Below, piece by piece: positions 18,391-27,313 of a stretch of 56,412 nt of DNA. This stretch comes from a virus (Duplodnaviria > Heunggongvirae > Uroviricota > Caudoviricetes). Both the position numbers and the translations under genes were made by a program. Under the pieces are notes generated by a model. It was not told the DNA's origin. It did no database searches and saw nothing but the letters and a program-made list of their open reading frames with translations. The stretch is from IMG/VR virus record IMGVR_UViG_2718218136_000004, one strand, 5' to 3'. The number at the start of each line of letters is the position of its first letter. Position 1 is the first letter of the stretch.

Positions 18391-18538
18391 TAACAGTTCC
18401 CATCTGTAGGGGAGGGGCGGGTCAAATCTCTGCAACCCTGGCTGCTCAGTACCGCCGCCTGACCCTTCCTCACATCGCCGCAGGTTCGAAAACTTTTTTT
18501 TGGAAATGTGAACAAACGATTGATAGGTAAGACCGATT

Positions 18539-19021
18539 ATGTCAGGACCTCCGAAAACCCCGCCACGCCTGCATTTGATTCGAGGTAACCCCTCAAAGCG
18601 CCCCGTTAAAGACCACAAAAAAACCGCTAAAAAGGATGAAAAAGGTCTTCCTAAAATTCCGCAGCATTTAGGGGCTCAGGGGAAGTACTGGTTCAGGCGA
18701 ATGGCGGAAGAGCTGAATGCGGAAGGGATCATTTCTCAGCTTGATGCGCGTGCGCTCGAGCTGCTGGTGGAAGCCTACACCGAATATCGGCATCACTGCG
18801 AAACACTCGATGTTGAGGGGTATACCTACCGCACGGAAACGCAGAGCGGTGATGTACTGATTAAGGCGCACCCCGCGGCGGCAATGAAAGCGGATGCCTG
18901 GAAGCGGATCCGGGCAATGCTTGCAGAGTTTGGTATGTCACCGGCAAGCCGGGCTAAAGTAAATATCGCCGGACCGGATGATGTTGATCCGCTGGCGGAG
19001 CTTTTAAAAGCGAGAGACTGA
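18539..19021 (+). CDS. Terminase small subunit (P27 family)
   Basis: 160-aa ORF immediately upstream of and overlapping terL; similar architecture to the insert-encoded TerS. Confidence 0.75.
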   Translation: MSGPPKTPPRLHLIRGNPSKRPVKDHKKTAKKDEKGLPKIPQHLGAQGKYWFRRMAEELNAEGIISQLDARALELLVEAYTEYRHHCETLDVEGYTYRTETQSGDVLIKAHPAAAMKADAWKRIRAMLAEFGMSPASRAKVNIAGPDDVDPLAELLKARD

Positions 19022-20048
19022 TGGCAAAAGTGGCTGACGGGATCCGCTACGCCGAACGTGTTGTTGCAGGAGAAATTGTTGCTGGCGAATTTGTCCGCCT
19101 GGCCTGCCAGCGTTTTCTTGATGATCTGAAGTACGGCGAAGAGCGGGGGATTTATTTCAGTGAACCCCGTGCGCAGCACATCCTGAATTTCTACAAATTT
19201 GTGCCTCATGTAAAAGGGGCGCTGGCAGGCCAGCCCATTGAGTTGATGGACTGGCATGTATTTATCCTCATTAATATTTTTGGTTTTGTCATTCCGCTGG
19301 TCAATGAAGAGACCGGGGAAGTTGTCATGCGCAGCGATGGCAGCGGACGTCCGGTGATGGTGCGCCGGTTCCGGACGGCGTACAACGAAGTCGCCCGTAA
19401 AAACGCAAAATCAACTCTGTCATCGGGTATCGGCCTGTATATGACGGGGGCAGATGGTGAAGGCGGAGCTGAGGTGTATTCAGCCGCAACCACGCGTGAC
19501 CAGGCCAGAATCGTGTTTGAAGACGCCAAAAATATGGTCAGAAAAGCCCGGTCGACACTCGGGCGGTTGTTTGATTTCAACAAGCTGGCGATTTACCAGG
19601 AGCAGAGCGCATCAAAATTTGAACCGCTTTCTTCGGATGCAAACAACCTGGATGGTCTGAACATCCACTGCGCCATTATTGATGAGCTGCATGCACATAA
19701 AACCCGTGACGTGTGGGACGTTCTGGAAACGGCAACCGGTGCCCGTCTGCAGTCCCTTTTATTTGGTATCACCACGGCAGGGTTTAACAAGGAAGGGATT
19801 TGTTACGAGCAGCGTGATTACGCCATCAAGGTATTGCGTGGCTATAACAGCGACGTGGAGGGCGCGGTAAAAGACGACTCCTACTTTGCGATTATTTACA
19901 CCCTCGATGAGGGAGATGATCCGTTTGATGAAACGGTCTGGCAGAAAGCGAATCCTGGCCTGGGCATCTGTAAACGCTGGGATGATCTGCGTCGTCTGGC
20001 GAAAAAAGCGAAAGAACAGGTCTCTGCGCGGGTGAATTTTTTTACCAA
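19021..20048 (+). CDS. Terminase large subunit, 5' portion (ATPase domain), interrupted by insertion at 20042-20048
   Basis: N-terminal 342 codons align with the insert-encoded TerL up to ...ARVNFFTK; ORF then continues in frame into insert sequence and the integrase gene. Confidence 0.85.
20042..20048. repeat. attL crossover core (TTACCAA)
   Basis: Identical 7-bp core at 35490-35496; flanking sequence partially conserved (TT[T/C]TTACCAA). Confidence 0.5.
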
Positions 20049-20178
20049 GAAAGTAACATCACGCCGTAACAACAGTGCGACCTGTCCTGATTTTTTTAGT
20101 AACCAAATGAAAGAAAAAGTTTTTTTTCTTGTTCGTCGTTTTTGTTTTTTCTGGAAGGTTCTGGCTGTTTTCATCATT

Positions 20179-20200
20179 TGTGTATTGCACTGTGTATTGC
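20179..20200. repeat. Tandem TGTGTATTGC repeats near attL, candidate integrase arm-type binding sites
   Basis: TGTGTATTGCACTGTGTATTGC just upstream of int; near-identical GTGTATTGCGCTGTGTATTGC near attR. Confidence 0.45.
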
Positions 20201-20220
20201 AAAAACGGGTTATAAATCAC

Positions 20221-21444
20221 ATGGCGCTAAACAAACTGAGCGATAAAAAACTTCGTTCCCTGCTTGGACGCAGGAGTGAGAGGCAGGAAACCATCGCTGA
20301 TGGTAACGGGCTTTCGGTACGGGTCAGTAAATACGGATGTGTTAGTTTTGTTTTCTTTTACAGACTGGCGGGAAGGGGAACCGCGCCCATCTGGCTGACA
20401 CTTGGAAAATATCCTGATCTGAGTCTCAAATCAGCGAGAGAGATGCGCGATCAGTGTCGAACCTGGCTTGCGGAGGGCAGAGATCCACGGATTCAGATAA
20501 AAATTGAACGGGAAGCCACCTTGCAACCTGTTACCGTTCGTGAGGCACTTGAATACTGGCTTGATAATTATGCAATGGATAAGCGTAGGGGAGCAGAACA
20601 TATCAGGCAGTGCTTTGGTAAACATATTTATCCGGTGATTGGTCATGTACCACTTAGTGATTGCTCTATATCTATGTGGATCAAGTGTTTTGACAAAATA
20701 AAAAAAGTAGCACCTGTACAGGCCGGAGCTTTGTTGCGTATATCAAAACAGGCGCTTAAATTTTGTAGGGTAAGAAAATACGCGATTAGTCATGAAATTG
20801 ATGATCTTGAGGTCTGTGATGTGGGAAAAAAGTCTGCGCGAAGAAGCAGGGTTTTAACAGATGATGAAATCAGAGATTTATGGCGAAGTATTAATACTGA
20901 TTATGACAATCACGAATTATCATATGAAAACCGAATTATTTTACGTTTCCTGGTAGTTTTTGGTTGTCGACTGTCAGAAGTATTACTGTCGTCCTGGGTA
21001 GAGTGGGATTTTGATAAGAAATTATGGCGCGTTCCCGCTGATCATAGCAAAAATGGCAGGGAAATAATCAGACCGATTCCTGATGGCATGTTTAACTGGT
21101 TAGTTACGTTAAAAAAAATAACAGGTAACAAAGAAAATGTGATTGGGTTTGATATGCGTCAGTGTACGGCAAGCGTAACTATCGGTAAGACATGGAAAAG
21201 GATGAAACACTCGGAGAAATGGACGGCGCATGATATGCGAAGAGTGTTTGCCACAAAACTAAGTGATCATGGTTTTGAACATAATGTGGTTGAACAGTTG
21301 CTTGGGCACACATTAGGCGGTGTTGCCGGGGTTTATAACAGAAGCCAGTATATGGACAGAAAAAAAGAAGCTATGAACTGGTGGTACGACTATCTGAATA
21401 AGCAAATTAGTGGTGACAGTAATGATTCAAATAGTTACGCGTGA
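20221..21444 (+). CDS. int: P4-like tyrosine integrase of the satellite
   Basis: MALNKLSDKKLRSLLG... N-terminus typical of P4-family integrases; catalytic context FGCRLSEV, HDMRRVFAT, GVYNRSQY. Confidence 0.85.
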   Translation: MALNKLSDKKLRSLLGRRSERQETIADGNGLSVRVSKYGCVSFVFFYRLAGRGTAPIWLTLGKYPDLSLKSAREMRDQCRTWLAEGRDPRIQIKIEREATLQPVTVREALEYWLDNYAMDKRRGAEHIRQCFGKHIYPVIGHVPLSDCSISMWIKCFDKIKKVAPVQAGALLRISKQALKFCRVRKYAISHEIDDLEVCDVGKKSARRSRVLTDDEIRDLWRSINTDYDNHELSYENRIILRFLVVFGCRLSEVLLSSWVEWDFDKKLWRVPADHSKNGREIIRPIPDGMFNWLVTLKKITGNKENVIGFDMRQCTASVTIGKTWKRMKHSEKWTAHDMRRVFATKLSDHGFEHNVVEQLLGHTLGGVAGVYNRSQYMDRKKEAMNWWYDYLNKQISGDSNDSNSYA

Positions 21445-21475
21445 AGAACTTGAAAATGATGAAACAATCGACAGG

Positions 21476-21643
21476 ATGATTAAGGAAGATGAATGTGCAT
21501 GGTTAACCGCTCTTGGCAGGAGACACAGATCGTTACTTGAAAAGGAAGGAAAATTTCCACGAAAAATATGTATTGGCCCACAAACAAAAGTCTGGCGCTT
21601 ATCTGAGGTGCTGGAATGGGTAAAAGGTGAATGGAAACCCTGA
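21476..21643 (+). CDS. AlpA-family transcriptional regulator
   Basis: WLTALGRRHRSLLEKEGKFPRKICIGPQTKVWRLSEVLEWV fits the AlpA HTH pattern; start uncertain (alternative ATGs at 21410 and 21422). Confidence 0.55.
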   Translation: MIKEDECAWLTALGRRHRSLLEKEGKFPRKICIGPQTKVWRLSEVLEWVKGEWKP

Positions 21644-21666
21644 GTTAAATTAAATGAGATATAATC

Positions 21667-21690
21667 AACCCGTCTTTTGGCGGGTTTTTT
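21667..21690 (+). terminator. Intrinsic terminator after first alpA-like gene
   Basis: ACCCGTC-TTTT-GGCGGGT followed by T-run. Confidence 0.5.
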
Positions 21691-21706
21691 TATAGGTGAT
21701 ATTTTT

Positions 21707-21985
21707 ATGCAAAAATTTATTTATCCTACACCCGAAGAACGCATTCAGATTCTGAAAGATCATGGCGAACCGTATGATCGCCGTATACGCGAACATGAGT
21801 GTGCCAATCGTACCGGGCTTTCAAGAAGCAGACGTTGGGTACTTGAACAGGAGGGAGCATTTCCTGCTCGTGCTCATTTAGGGAAAGTGTCTGTTTCCTG
21901 GTTGCTCTCTGATGTGCTCTGGTGGGTTATGCATCCGCCAGGAGTAAAGGAAGTAAACAGCCCATACAAAAACGCCAATAAGTAA
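21707..21985 (+). CDS. Second AlpA-like regulator
   Basis: CANRTGLSRSRRWVLEQEGAFPARAHLGKVSVSWLLSDVLWWV fits the AlpA-like HTH pattern. Confidence 0.5.
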   Translation: MQKFIYPTPEERIQILKDHGEPYDRRIREHECANRTGLSRSRRWVLEQEGAFPARAHLGKVSVSWLLSDVLWWVMHPPGVKEVNSPYKNANK

Positions 21986-21995
21986 TTACCGACAA

Positions 21996-22024
21996 CCCCG
22001 CACCACGCAATGCGGGGTTTTTTG
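21996..22024 (+). terminator. Intrinsic terminator after second alpA-like gene
   Basis: CCCCGCA-CCACGCAA-TGCGGGG followed by TTTTTTT. Confidence 0.55.
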
Positions 22025-22042
22025 TATGTGAGGTAAAAAGCA

Positions 22043-22621
22043 ATGAATAAAAATATTGCCGTGACGGGCAAGGGTGACGCACGTCATGTGAAAAAATTCT
22101 GTGATATTCGTGATCTGGTCGTTCTGCGCTTTGATGGCGTGGATGTTCGTGTGGTGTATCTAAACGGCGATCCGTGGTTTGTTGCAAAGGATGTTTGTGC
22201 TGCGCTGGAACTGACCAATTCGCGTACGGCGTTGCAGATGCTTGATGATGACGAAAAGGGAGTAAATTTAACTTACACCCCCGGAGGAAATCAGAATATG
22301 AGCATTATCTCCGAGTCAGGTTTCTACAAACTAATAGCCCGCAGCCGCAAAGCAACGACGCCTGGCACATTTGCTCATCGTTTCAGTAACTGGGTATTCA
22401 GAAATGTGATACCGGGTATCAGAAAAACGGGGGCTTATGGTATCCCGTGGGGCGCATTACAGGATTTTTCCCGCCGCAAAGAGCAATACCAGATAAGTGC
22501 CAGCGAGAAGGGGAGGGAGCTACAGGCATGTAAGCGCAAAAAGCGTGAGCTGGAGGAAGAAGAAAAAAGGCTGATACGTGAATACCAGCCTGAGTTTTAC
22601 TTTGGTGAGCGTATTCAGTAA
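22043..22621 (+). CDS. Bro-N domain protein (antirepressor-like)
   Basis: N-terminal VRVVYLNGDPWFVAKDVCAALELTNSRTALQML matches the Bro-N/KilA-N antirepressor domain. Confidence 0.65.
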   Translation: MNKNIAVTGKGDARHVKKFCDIRDLVVLRFDGVDVRVVYLNGDPWFVAKDVCAALELTNSRTALQMLDDDEKGVNLTYTPGGNQNMSIISESGFYKLIARSRKATTPGTFAHRFSNWVFRNVIPGIRKTGAYGIPWGALQDFSRRKEQYQISASEKGRELQACKRKKRELEEEEKRLIREYQPEFYFGERIQ

Positions 22622-23064
22622 CCACACGCGGTGTTGATTATACGGTACATCGTGTTGACCGGGAAGCTACCCACCAGCAAGGCAAAATCTTCTGCTAAAA
22701 AATGACATATGACCAGTCGTCCGGAAAGCATGAAATTTTACAAAAATGGAAAATGAAGATTTTTATTGTGCTGGTGGGTAAAAACAAAAAGCGCCCCGTT
22801 ACCGGAGCGCCCTTGCGAACAATTAACCTACTGCGCAAAAAATGAATCTGTGCGGGGGGATTATATCAACCGTGGTCGAAATGACCATAGTTGCAGGATA
22901 ACAGGCAAAACAAAGGCCACCCGCTACGGTGGCCCCTTGACACAAGCTACACGTTATCCCCAACGCATGAGCATAACCAACAATGCCACATTTACGGCTG
23001 GTGGGCAAATCCTGAGCTGTTCTGTAATTACAGAAACTACGGCATTGTCGCGGTTAGGTTATGA

Positions 23065-23217
23065 TCAACTTTTTTTCAACTCTATATCGCAAGCACGCCG
23101 TAATATATCGCCTTCATTGCTTCCGCAAAGATTCTTTTTCTCGAAGCATGATTTTAAGATAAAGGCGGCGACAATTAGAACAATCGCACAGAGTGCACAA
23201 TTTTTAAGTTTTGGCAT
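23065..23217 (-). CDS. Small hydrophobic peptide (50 aa)
   Basis: [28 protein letters not shown]... with AGGAG RBS 7 nt upstream; downstream of an RHH-like gene on the same strand. Confidence 0.4.
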   Translation of the reverse strand: MPKLKNCALCAIVLIVAAFILKSCFEKKNLCGSNEGDILRRACDIELKKS

Positions 23218-23271
23218 CTTTTACTCCTATGGTTGCCGCCGTGATTCCTCACACCACGGCGCTGGTGATGG

Positions 23272-23451
23272 TTATTCCTGCTCTTTGGCCTTGCGACGCT
23301 GGCGGTATTCAACTTCTCGCTTTAATGCTGCTGTTACAAACTGCCCTGTACTTTCACCAGGCATTTTTACCGCCTCAACATTGTTCATAACTTCATGCGG
23401 AACCCTTGCCGCAACTGTTTGTGATTTTGCGTTTACTGCTTTTGTTGCCAT
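23272..23451 (-). CDS. Ribbon-helix-helix-like small DNA-binding protein
   Basis: 59 aa; ...[17 protein letters not shown]...[16 protein letters not shown] fits an RHH strand-helix-helix pattern; adjacent to palindromic operators. Confidence 0.45.
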   Translation of the reverse strand: MATKAVNAKSQTVAARVPHEVMNNVEAVKMPGESTGQFVTAALKREVEYRQRRKAKEQE

Positions 23452-23501
23452 GTTGTGTACCCCTTACAAAAAACAAATGCAGTATGCAGGAAAAAAAATA
23501 A

Positions 23502-23553
23502 GTGTTCAACACTTGACGTGTTTAACACTAGGGCTTAAATTGGTGTTCAACAC
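23502..23553. promoter_or_regulatory. Satellite operator region: three GTGTT(C/T)AACAC palindromes between divergent operons
   Basis: Palindromes at 23502-23512, 23518-23528, 23543-23553. Confidence 0.45.
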
Positions 23554-23650
23554 CTTGCTGATGCAAGGTGCAGAAACGACGAAACCCGGCAGTGCGCTAA
23601 CACTAACCGGGCTTCTAACCACCAACGATAGAAAGCGTATCGAGGTAGCT

Positions 23651-24190
23651 ATGCTAAATCATACCACACACCCGCAAGGGCGGGACTCGCACAACCTGAA
23701 TAAACCCGATGTAAAAAACCTGTTGATCGCCACTGCCAGCCAGGGCTATGATTTACCCGCACCAGCAAAATCTGGTGCCGGGATTGGCGTCCTGGTATTT
23801 AACGAAGCGCACAACACGCGCCCTGCGTGTTTTTTTGTGCCGGATAGTCACACCTTATCAATGGTGGGCTGTATGGGGGCGGAGCAATCCGCGCCGGGTT
23901 CTTCGTTAACCGGTTACGCCAACCCTGTACAGTCCACCGCCAGCGAAATTGGCGTTTCCTGCGGTGGGTTTATTAAACCTAACGAAGAGGCTGCCAACAT
24001 GGCTACTATCCCTACCCTTGTACATTCCCAAACTGCCTTTATCTGGCGCTTTATCATCTTTGGCGCGTCAGAGTCCCAAATCATCCACGTCACCGCCTGG
24101 ACGGAACGCGAAGCGCGTAACCATTGCCCGTCAGGTTGTGTCGCTGTATTCGCCGCCCGTATTCGTCAGGGGGTGCGCCATGTGCAATAA
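23651..24190 (+). CDS. Hypothetical protein (first gene of satellite rightward operon)
   Basis: GAGG RBS before ATG at 23651; stop overlaps next start; amino-acid composition not strongly protein-like. Confidence 0.3.
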   Translation: MLNHTTHPQGRDSHNLNKPDVKNLLIATASQGYDLPAPAKSGAGIGVLVFNEAHNTRPACFFVPDSHTLSMVGCMGAEQSAPGSSLTGYANPVQSTASEIGVSCGGFIKPNEEAANMATIPTLVHSQTAFIWRFIIFGASESQIIHVTAWTEREARNHCPSGCVAVFAARIRQGVRHVQ

Positions 24191-24425
24191 CACCCGTCCG
24201 GACGCAGCCGCCGAAGCCATCAAAACGCTGATGCACGCGCTGATTGATATTTCATGCACGGTAGCAACCGCAGAAAAACACATTACCAGAGAGACGGAAT
24301 ATACAGGGGCGATAATCCCGCATTCGCTGGCTTACGCACAGCTTACCGCTGATATGGCGCTGAATGAGGCTAAAGCCATCCTGATTGCTGATTGTGAAAA
24401 TGGCGGGGGCGATTATGCGAAATAA
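24180..24425 (+). CDS. Hypothetical protein
   Basis: 81-aa [28 protein letters not shown]..., start overlaps upstream stop. Confidence 0.4.
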   Translation: MCNNTRPDAAAEAIKTLMHALIDISCTVATAEKHITRETEYTGAIIPHSLAYAQLTADMALNEAKAILIADCENGGGDYAK

Positions 24426-24633
24426 ACATGATATTGAAGACCTGGCATTTGAAGCCCTGCACTCTGCGAAAAAAATCAGGGAAGTCGTCAATATGTGGAT
24501 GAACAGCCTTAGCACCGATAAATCCGATAGCAGAGAAGAAATTCTTATTTCTTTGTTGTTAGACCTGGCAAATACACAGGTTTCTCTGACATCTGATATT
24601 GAGCTCGCCGCTAAAAAGCTGCCTCTGGAGTAA
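24412..24633 (+). CDS. Hypothetical protein
   Basis: 73-aa [28 protein letters not shown]..., start overlaps upstream stop. Confidence 0.4.
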   Translation: MMRNKHDIEDLAFEALHSAKKIREVVNMWMNSLSTDKSDSREEILISLLLDLANTQVSLTSDIELAAKKLPLE

Positions 24634-24639
24634 AAAAAC

Positions 24640-24954
24640 ATGAAAAAGAAAAATTCTGGCTTTACTGCCAGCGGTCACGCTCGGCCTGAAATCCGCCCCG
24701 GTGATATTTTCCGGGATAAATACGGCAGCACGATAACGATTAAAACCGTCGATGATTTTCGTGTGACCTATATCCGCGAAGGTTATGCGCATCCCTGCGT
24801 GTCGTCACATATGCGCTTTGACAGGGAGTTCACCCTGGTAAGCAAAGCACCACCAGCAGAATTAAGCGACATCGACAGAATCATGCGCGTTACAGGAATG
24901 GAACGCATTAAGGCAGTACGTGAAATTATTCGTGAACGGGGAAAGGCAAAATGA
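24640..24954 (+). CDS. Hypothetical protein
   Basis: 104-aa ORF overlapping the start of the replication gene. Confidence 0.45.
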   Translation: MKKKNSGFTASGHARPEIRPGDIFRDKYGSTITIKTVDDFRVTYIREGYAHPCVSSHMRFDREFTLVSKAPPAELSDIDRIMRVTGMERIKAVREIIRERGKAK

Positions 24955-27077
24955 AGCGCGCACCAAACTTAAAGCACCAGCCAGCCGACAAAATGACGGA
25001 GGTTATCATCTTTGCGGGTAGTGATGCGTGGAGCCATGCGAAAGAGTGGCAGGAATGGGCAGGTAAGCATATTGCCGCCGACAATGTGCCGCCTGTCGTT
25101 CTGTCAGATGAACACCTGAAAGATATTACCGGTTATCAAATTATTGATGATAGCCGTCAGTGTGTGCGTATTTACCGCGCAGGGCACATCACTGAACGTA
25201 GCCTCACACAGATCGTCACGTTGCTGGCTGTGGCTGGCGTGAAGACCGTATACGAATACGCGGGGATAACTGACACCAGCCCGGCGGATTTATCCGACCA
25301 GTTGCCTCGCCTCAAAGACGAATACGAGCGCGGGGAAAGTCTGGTGTTGCCCTTAAAGAAAAAAATCACAGAAAGCCCGGGTGATGATGAATTAAAGCCC
25401 CGCGTTGAAAGCCGCGCCGATGGTGTTTTCTGGGTAACGCCAAAAGTGGATAAGCAGTCAGGCGAAATTATCCGGCCTGAAACGTGGTTATGCTCCCCGC
25501 TTGAGCTACTGGGAACGGGGACAATCGGCAAAGAGCATTACCGCGTGATGCGCTGGAAAAAGCCAGCAAACCATGAAGTCATCACGATGGCGGTTCCGTG
25601 CGGTGGCATTGGCGACCGTGACGGCTGGCGGCTGCTGAAAGACCACGGACTGAACGTGACAACCAACGGTAAATACAGGGCTATCCTGGCTGACTGGATG
25701 CAGTTAAGCGGAAACCATGAGGAATGGCAGTTAAGCACAACAACGGGCTGGCATTTTGGCGCGTACATCATGCCGGACGGTTCGGTCATTGGTGATTGCG
25801 AAAAGCCAGTCCTGTTTACCGGAAAAACGGCTGCCGTTAATGGTTATTCCGTGGCAGGAACGGCGGAGGGCTGGCGCGACAGTGTGGCGCGACTGGCTGG
25901 TGGTAATCCGTCCATGATGCTGGGTGTGGCGGTATCGCTATCCGCACCATTAATCGGGCTGGTGGGTGCTGACGGCTTCGGGGTACATCTTTTCGAACAG
26001 TCATCGGCAGGTAAGACCACAACGCAGAACATCGCATCAAGTTTATGGGGAGAGCCGGACGCGCAGCGGCTGACCTGGTACGGCACAGCGTTAGGTATCG
26101 CCAACGAAGCAGAGGCACACAATGACGGGCTTTTACCCCTGGATGAAATAGGCCAGGCCGGAAACGCGCGGGAGGTGTCCACGTCAGCCTATACGCTGTT
26201 TAACGGTTCGGGGAAATTACAGGGGGCGAAGGACGGCGGCAACAGGGAGATCAAACACTGGCGCACGGTGGCAATCAGCACCGGAGAAATGGACGTTGAG
26301 ACATTCCTCAAAACGGAGGGGATAAAAGTCAAAGTGGGGCAGCTTGTCCGCCTGCTTAACGTTCCGATGGAAAAAGCCACGCAATTTCACGAATACAGCA
26401 CCGGAAAGGCGCACGCAGACGCGTTAAAGGATGCCTGGACAGAAAATCACGGGGCGGCGGGTCGTGAGTGGGTTAAATGGCTGGCAGAACACCAGCAGGA
26501 GGCAAAGGACACGGTAAGGACATGCCGTGAGCGGTGGCGCAACCTGATACCGGAGAGCTACGGCGAACAGGTTCACCGTGTGGGGGAGCGATTTGCCATA
26601 CTGGAGGCCGCGCTTGTGCTTTCAGGTCATGTTACTGGCTGGGATGAGCAGGAATGCCGCGATGCCATACAGCATAATTTTAATGCCTGGGTGAAGGAGT
26701 TCGGCACGGGTAACAGGGAATTTAAACAGATGGTTGAACAGGCAGAAGCTTTTTTAGCGTCGTTCGGATTCAGCAGATACCTTCCGTGGCCCAATACCGA
26801 CGAGCGTGATTTACCGATTAAAGAACTTGCCGGATACAGAAAGGGGAGTATCAGAAACGAAGATGACGAGTTCCGTTTTTACACGTTCCCGCATGTATTT
26901 GAGGGTGAGATAGCACAGGGATTTAATCCGTCTCACTTTGCCCGCGCGTTGAGTGCTGCCGGAATGCTGGAAGCGGGTAACGATCGCCGTTACAAGAAAA
27001 AGGCGCTCGGCAAAATTGGGGGGAAGCAGCATGTTTTTTACGTGCTGATGTTCCAGCCAGAAAGCGAAGAAGATTAA
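24951..27077 (+). CDS. Satellite replication initiator, primase/helicase-like P-loop NTPase (DUF927-like)
   Basis: 708-aa ORF with Walker A-like SSAGKTTTQN; immediately upstream of an iteron/AT-rich origin and an SSB gene. Confidence 0.6.
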   Translation: MKRAPNLKHQPADKMTEVIIFAGSDAWSHAKEWQEWAGKHIAADNVPPVVLSDEHLKDITGYQIIDDSRQCVRIYRAGHITERSLTQIVTLLAVAGVKTVYEYAGITDTSPADLSDQLPRLKDEYERGESLVLPLKKKITESPGDDELKPRVESRADGVFWVTPKVDKQSGEIIRPETWLCSPLELLGTGTIGKEHYRVMRWKKPANHEVITMAVPCGGIGDRDGWRLLKDHGLNVTTNGKYRAILADWMQLSGNHEEWQLSTTTGWHFGAYIMPDGSVIGDCEKPVLFTGKTAAVNGYSVAGTAEGWRDSVARLAGGNPSMMLGVAVSLSAPLIGLVGADGFGVHLFEQSSAGKTTTQNIASSLWGEPDAQRLTWYGTALGIANEAEAHNDGLLPLDEIGQAGNAREVSTSAYTLFNGSGKLQGAKDGGNREIKHWRTVAISTGEMDVETFLKTEGIKVKVGQLVRLLNVPMEKATQFHEYSTGKAHADALKDAWTENHGAAGREWVKWLAEHQQEAKDTVRTCRERWRNLIPESYGEQVHRVGERFAILEAALVLSGHVTGWDEQECRDAIQHNFNAWVKEFGTGNREFKQMVEQAEAFLASFGFSRYLPWPNTDERDLPIKELAGYRKGSIRNEDDEFRFYTFPHVFEGEIAQGFNPSHFARALSAAGMLEAGNDRRYKKKALGKIGGKQHVFYVLMFQPESEED

Positions 27078-27099
27078 TTTTTTCTCGCGTGTAGGGTGA

Positions 27100-27255
27100 A
27101 AATTTTGCGGGTTATGCGGGTTATTTCTGTGGATAAATCAGTATCCATATGATTATTAAAGGAATGACAGGAAAATCGTAACCCGCAAAATACCCAAAAT
27201 AACCCGCAAAACGGCAGTTATAACCCGCAAAAGTGCGATTATAACCCGCAGAATT
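27100..27255. repeat. Candidate satellite origin of replication: GCGGGTTAT x2, AT-rich spacer, ATAACCCGCAAAA x4
   Basis: Inverted iteron sets flanking an AT-rich segment immediately 3' of the replication gene. Confidence 0.6.
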
Positions 27256-27313
27256 TCACAGTAAGGGTGTAAACAAGCGTAACTATCAACGTTAAAACCG
27301 GAGAACAGACAGC

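Noticed and set aside
19021-21444. Single 807-aa ORF in the six-frame track
   Set aside because: It is a read-through of two unrelated genes: the 5' part of the helper terL and the satellite integrase, joined by a stop-free linker across the insertion junction.
22766-24190. 474-aa plus-strand ORF across the satellite regulatory region
   Set aside because: Most of it is antisense to two RBS-supported minus-strand genes and crosses hairpins and the operator palindromes; its composition (Cys/Ser/Thr/Arg-rich) is not protein-like. Only the last ~180 codons, from an RBS-supported ATG at 23651, were kept, at low confidence.
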